A stretch of 64,000 nucleotides of DNA, taken from NCBI GenBank assembly GCA_049472335.1, contig JBLIRO010000016.1, positions 1 to 64,000 on the forward strand. Direction: 5' to 3'. Origin of the DNA: a bacterium (GTDB taxonomy: Bacteria; SZUA-182; DTGQ01; JAFGSM01). The position numbers and the translations under genes are program-made. Position 1 is the stretch's first letter, and every line of letters begins with the position of its first letter. Shown in pieces: positions 60,816 to 64,000 of the stretch. The notes below the pieces were generated by a model. The model saw only the letters and a program-made list of their open reading frames with translations, was not told where the DNA came from and searched no databases.

Positions 60816-61823
60816 ATGCAGTTAAACATGAAGATTGAAGAAATATTTCAAGAACTAAAAATCAATAAAGAAAAATTCGAGGACCTTCATATTACCCGAA
60901 AGTTTTCCTCTTTGATGGCCATTTCAAATGGAAAGGTTATTGCCATGACCGATCCCTGGATGAAGAACTGTCTGCTCTTCGATAAACTGAACCTTAAGAT
61001 AAACGATGTGGATAAGAATTTGATTAAGGATAGCATAAAGCAGGCAGTTGAAGAAAAGATAGAGAAATTTGGCTCATTCACTGCAGGAAGGGAACTAGAG
61101 AGGGAGGACATAGCAGTGCCGTATGGTGCTTCTGAAATGATGATGTATGCCATAAAAAAAGGCGGGATAGATGCGGCAGTCACAGTTTGCGATGGGGCGG
61201 GAACCGTGATTTCAGACTCCCCCTCACTTATTCAGGGTATTGGCGCACGCATGAACGGTCTTTTTTACACAACGCCCATACCGGATATTATTAAAGGGAT
61301 TGAGGATAAAGAGGGAATAGTTGTCTTCCCGGATACGGCAGGGATTGATCAAATTGCGGGACTCAAAAAGGCCGCTGAAAATGGATACAAAAAAATCGCC
61401 GTTACTATAAATGGTTTCATGGATGATGATATAAGCTGCATACCTGTGATTGAAAAAGAATATGGGATTAAAGCAGTTATTATCATCGTATGCACAACCG
61501 GCATTAGCAAGAAGCGCATAGACCATTTAGCGCGTTGGGCCGATCTAATATGGTCCTGTGCCTCGGGCGAGGTAAGGGAGATTGCAGGACGTCTTTCTAT
61601 CCTTCAAATCTCCCTTGGAATCCCTGTTTTTGTTTTAACCCAAAAAGGTCTGGATTTTACTGCAAACTATTCCTCAGAGCCAGACCTTATAAGGGGCCTT
61701 GCCTTAAATGGACAATATCTGATCTCCAACAAATTCAAAGGCATATCCATTAAAATGGGAGATATCTTTACATATCTGTCCAAATCCAATCTTCCGGTCA
61801 GAAGCAAAAAGGAACCCGGATAG
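60816..61823 (+). CDS. DUF2099 / methanogenesis marker protein 8 homolog
   Basis: YGASEMMM, IDAAVTVCDGAGTVI, LIQGIGARMNGL, IDQIAG, CTTG and WSCAS. Confidence 0.82.
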   Translation: MQLNMKIEEIFQELKINKEKFEDLHITRKFSSLMAISNGKVIAMTDPWMKNCLLFDKLNLKINDVDKNLIKDSIKQAVEEKIEKFGSFTAGRELEREDIAVPYGASEMMMYAIKKGGIDAAVTVCDGAGTVISDSPSLIQGIGARMNGLFYTTPIPDIIKGIEDKEGIVVFPDTAGIDQIAGLKKAAENGYKKIAVTINGFMDDDISCIPVIEKEYGIKAVIIIVCTTGISKKRIDHLARWADLIWSCASGEVREIAGRLSILQISLGIPVFVLTQKGLDFTANYSSEPDLIRGLALNGQYLISNKFKGISIKMGDIFTYLSKSNLPVRSKKEPG

Positions 61824-61846
61824 CTTCACTAAATAAATTAATCTGT

Positions 61847-63415
61847 TCAATTTTCCGATACTGAGATAAAACATCCCCCGGAACTTGCTGCTCCGTCATC
61901 GAACATTCGGGCGCCACTGCTGCTGCTTTCAAGCGTAACAAGCCCGCCCGGATCCACTATGACCCCATTGGCAATTCCGTCGCTATCTCCGAATCCTCCG
62001 TCTTCAATTGTAATTGTGATTGATCTCCCATCATCATTAAAGATAACATTCTCTGTATAATCCTGCCAGCCATCTATCGTATCAAATTTGTAGAAATGTG
62101 TTGCACCTGAGATATCTTCCGAAAAATAGATCCTTACCGAGGCTGTGGCTCCGGCTTCTTCTACCCAAAGTCGATACGAGAAGAGCCCAAAGGAGAGCCC
62201 GCCAGGTTTATCCGGATCATTTGATAAACTTGAGGGATCTATTGTATCTAATGCATCCATTTCAATTATAGACTCTGAAGCCTTCTCCACACCAATTATA
62301 GTAAGATTATCCGGAAGCATTATACATTTGATCGTCTCTGGTTGGTCATTGTCATTAATCCCGTCACCATTCATATCGATATAATCAAAAATCTCCTTTT
62401 CATCGGGAATACCGTTGTCATTGAGATCGTTTTCTTCGGAGATGGTGGTAAATACAATAGAATCGGACCAGTCCGACCACGGAGAGATAACCGAACCGTC
62501 CGAGAACTGAACCCGTGCATAATATGTTTCATTGGGATCTAATATCAGATGTGGAATAGTGAGTTCCGTCAGCAGATCATTACTGTCAATATCGAGCAAC
62601 AGAGATGAAAAACCGGAATCTTCACTCACCTGCCAATGAGTTTGGGTATGTGAATCATATTCGGGATCTGAATAAGGATCAGTGATTATCCTAGTCATCA
62701 ATTCAGTTTCTGTTGTCCCATCAACAGGAGAATTGATTAACGGTTTTAAAGGTTCATTATTCGGTTCCGTATCCAAAACGGTAACGACACAGAAATCAGT
62801 TGCATAAGATCCGTCATAATCTGTAACTGTCAATTGAAATATAAGATTTTCATCACTCGAAACATATGGTGAAATAAATGTTGGCTCAGGATCTGATGAA
62901 TCGGAGAGGGCTACCTGATGACCGGAAATCTGTTCCCAAAAATAATCTTTAATGATGCCATCCGGATCACCGGAATTTAATCCGTTTAGAAAAACTGTCA
63001 CATTTTCATTTACTGTCTGATCAGAACCCGCATTGGCAAAAGGTTGTAAGTTTTCAGAAGGGGAATAGTATACTTCATTTGAGTTATCACTTTCGTTATC
63101 ATCAGAATCATAGGCCCTGACGACAAAATAATATTTGGTGTTGGGATCCAGATCTGTAATAATACAATTGGTATCGCTCCCTTGCCAATCCGGAGAATTG
63201 TAATCATAAATTTCTTCTTCCACTCTATAGAACATTCTATAGCCTACAAGGCTTTCATCCTCAACAGCGTCCCAGGCCAAGGTTATTTCCATTGAATAAA
63301 CATTTTTTGCTGAAATGGAAAAAATCAAAGCTAAAATGATGAACAAAGAAAAAAAGATAAATGGTACTAGTTTGGAATTAATCTTTAAGGATTTTAATAA
63401 ATTATGAACTGTCAT
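61847..63415 (-). CDS. Secreted surface protein (FN3, PKD-like, choice-of-anchor U) with C-terminal GGCFIS motif
   Basis: ITLAWD..YFVVRAYD (FN3), PFANAGSDQTV (PKD-like), IEDGGFGDSDGIANGVIVDPGG; AGGAGG RBS before 63415. Confidence 0.88.
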   Translation of the reverse strand: MTVHNLLKSLKINSKLVPFIFFSLFIILALIFSISAKNVYSMEITLAWDAVEDESLVGYRMFYRVEEEIYDYNSPDWQGSDTNCIITDLDPNTKYYFVVRAYDSDDNESDNSNEVYYSPSENLQPFANAGSDQTVNENVTVFLNGLNSGDPDGIIKDYFWEQISGHQVALSDSSDPEPTFISPYVSSDENLIFQLTVTDYDGSYATDFCVVTVLDTEPNNEPLKPLINSPVDGTTETELMTRIITDPYSDPEYDSHTQTHWQVSEDSGFSSLLLDIDSNDLLTELTIPHLILDPNETYYARVQFSDGSVISPWSDWSDSIVFTTISEENDLNDNGIPDEKEIFDYIDMNGDGINDNDQPETIKCIMLPDNLTIIGVEKASESIIEMDALDTIDPSSLSNDPDKPGGLSFGLFSYRLWVEEAGATASVRIYFSEDISGATHFYKFDTIDGWQDYTENVIFNDDGRSITITIEDGGFGDSDGIANGVIVDPGGLVTLESSSSGARMFDDGAASSGGCFISVSEN

Positions 63416-63470
63416 TACAGCCCCTCCTATTTCTGCCTCGCGGAAAACAGCTTTATTAAGGGGCTGCATC

Positions 63471-63565
63471 CGCTCGGCAGCTCTGCGACCATATCCTACA
63501 GAAATAAAGACTTAGGCCAGTAGCTTTGCGTCACATTCTTTAGAATGTTTTGCCTTTATCGAACG
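63471..63565 (-). ncRNA. c-di-GMP-I (GEMM) riboswitch
   Basis: Minus strand CGTTCGATAAAGGCAAAACATTC-TAAA-GAATGTGACGCAAAGCTACTGGCCTAAG...TATGGTCGCAGAGCTGCCGAGCG. P1 pairing, GCAAA/GACGCAAAG core and the 11-nt tetraloop receptor are present. Confidence 0.9.
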
Positions 63566-64000
63566 TTGCATATCGTATAAACATTAGATCGTCTGTTTAT
63601 GAAAATTTAATCGATATATAATGACTTTTTTATGAGCTCATAAAGACTCGTATACCTTTCTTGAACCTTTTGGTGATTCTAATAAGAAGTATAATGATAA
63701 TTTCTTTTATCTGCTCCAACTTATCAGTAGATTAAGAAATATATTAACTTTAACGGATATTACTATATGACCGGCATCATAATTTTATTTTTGTTTTTTA
63801 TTATCTCCGACTTGTAAGCAAAAAGAATTTATGGTAGCTAATAATAATGGGTCAAAAAATACTCCTGCTTCAAATAGCTGCTTTGGGATACAATTTCCTG
63901 AAGAAAAACCTTGGTGACCAAAAATTATATGATCTCACCGTAAGGCCGATTCAGGGCCTGTTTCCCGCTCTCACCTGTTCCGTGCAGGCCACCATAAGGA

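Noticed and set aside
63780..64000. Minus-strand fragment LMVGLHGTGESG, resembling an esterase
   Set aside because: Short, cut by the window edge and stops quickly; cannot be supported.

Overview
Chromosomal window from an anaerobic, probably diderm bacterium, dominated by redox-bioenergetic operons with accessory surface and cassette genes in between. Left to right: (1) a >1220-aa secreted IPT/LVIVD/MopE-repeat protein running off the left edge and missing from the ORF track; (2) a decaying integron-type cassette array with no integrase in the window (one textbook attC, two degenerate ones, a HicB remnant, an EEP nuclease, a rhombosortase plus its GlyGly-CTERM target); (3) a minus-strand operon in which a cNMP/pseudo-sigma54-AAA/polyferredoxin membrane protein, an [FeFe]-hydrogenase-like histidine kinase with a remodelled H-cluster, a hybrid kinase and two output-less receivers end in a fused NfnAB transhydrogenase; (4) a split CbcL-like cytochrome bc module, an NHL protein and a 28-heme cytochrome; (5) an 11-gene HdrA'-HdrA''-MvhD-MetV-MetF-HdrC-HdrL-FlxDCBA operon with no HdrB; (6) a second MetVF operon with a GltD-ferredoxin-MvhD fusion, an embedded GAF kinase, two more output-less receivers and a sigma54 activator with its own -24/-12 promoter; (7) S8 and M10 proteases, class II photolyase, mtnP-apt, a methanogenesis-marker-8 (DUF2099) homolog, and two surface proteins ending in GG(x)CFIS, one under a c-di-GMP-I riboswitch. 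The best candidates for an undescribed system are the phosphorelay-coupled Nfn and MetVF operons and the HdrB-less Hdr/Flx/MetVF complex. All family assignments come from motif recognition by eye; no searches were run.
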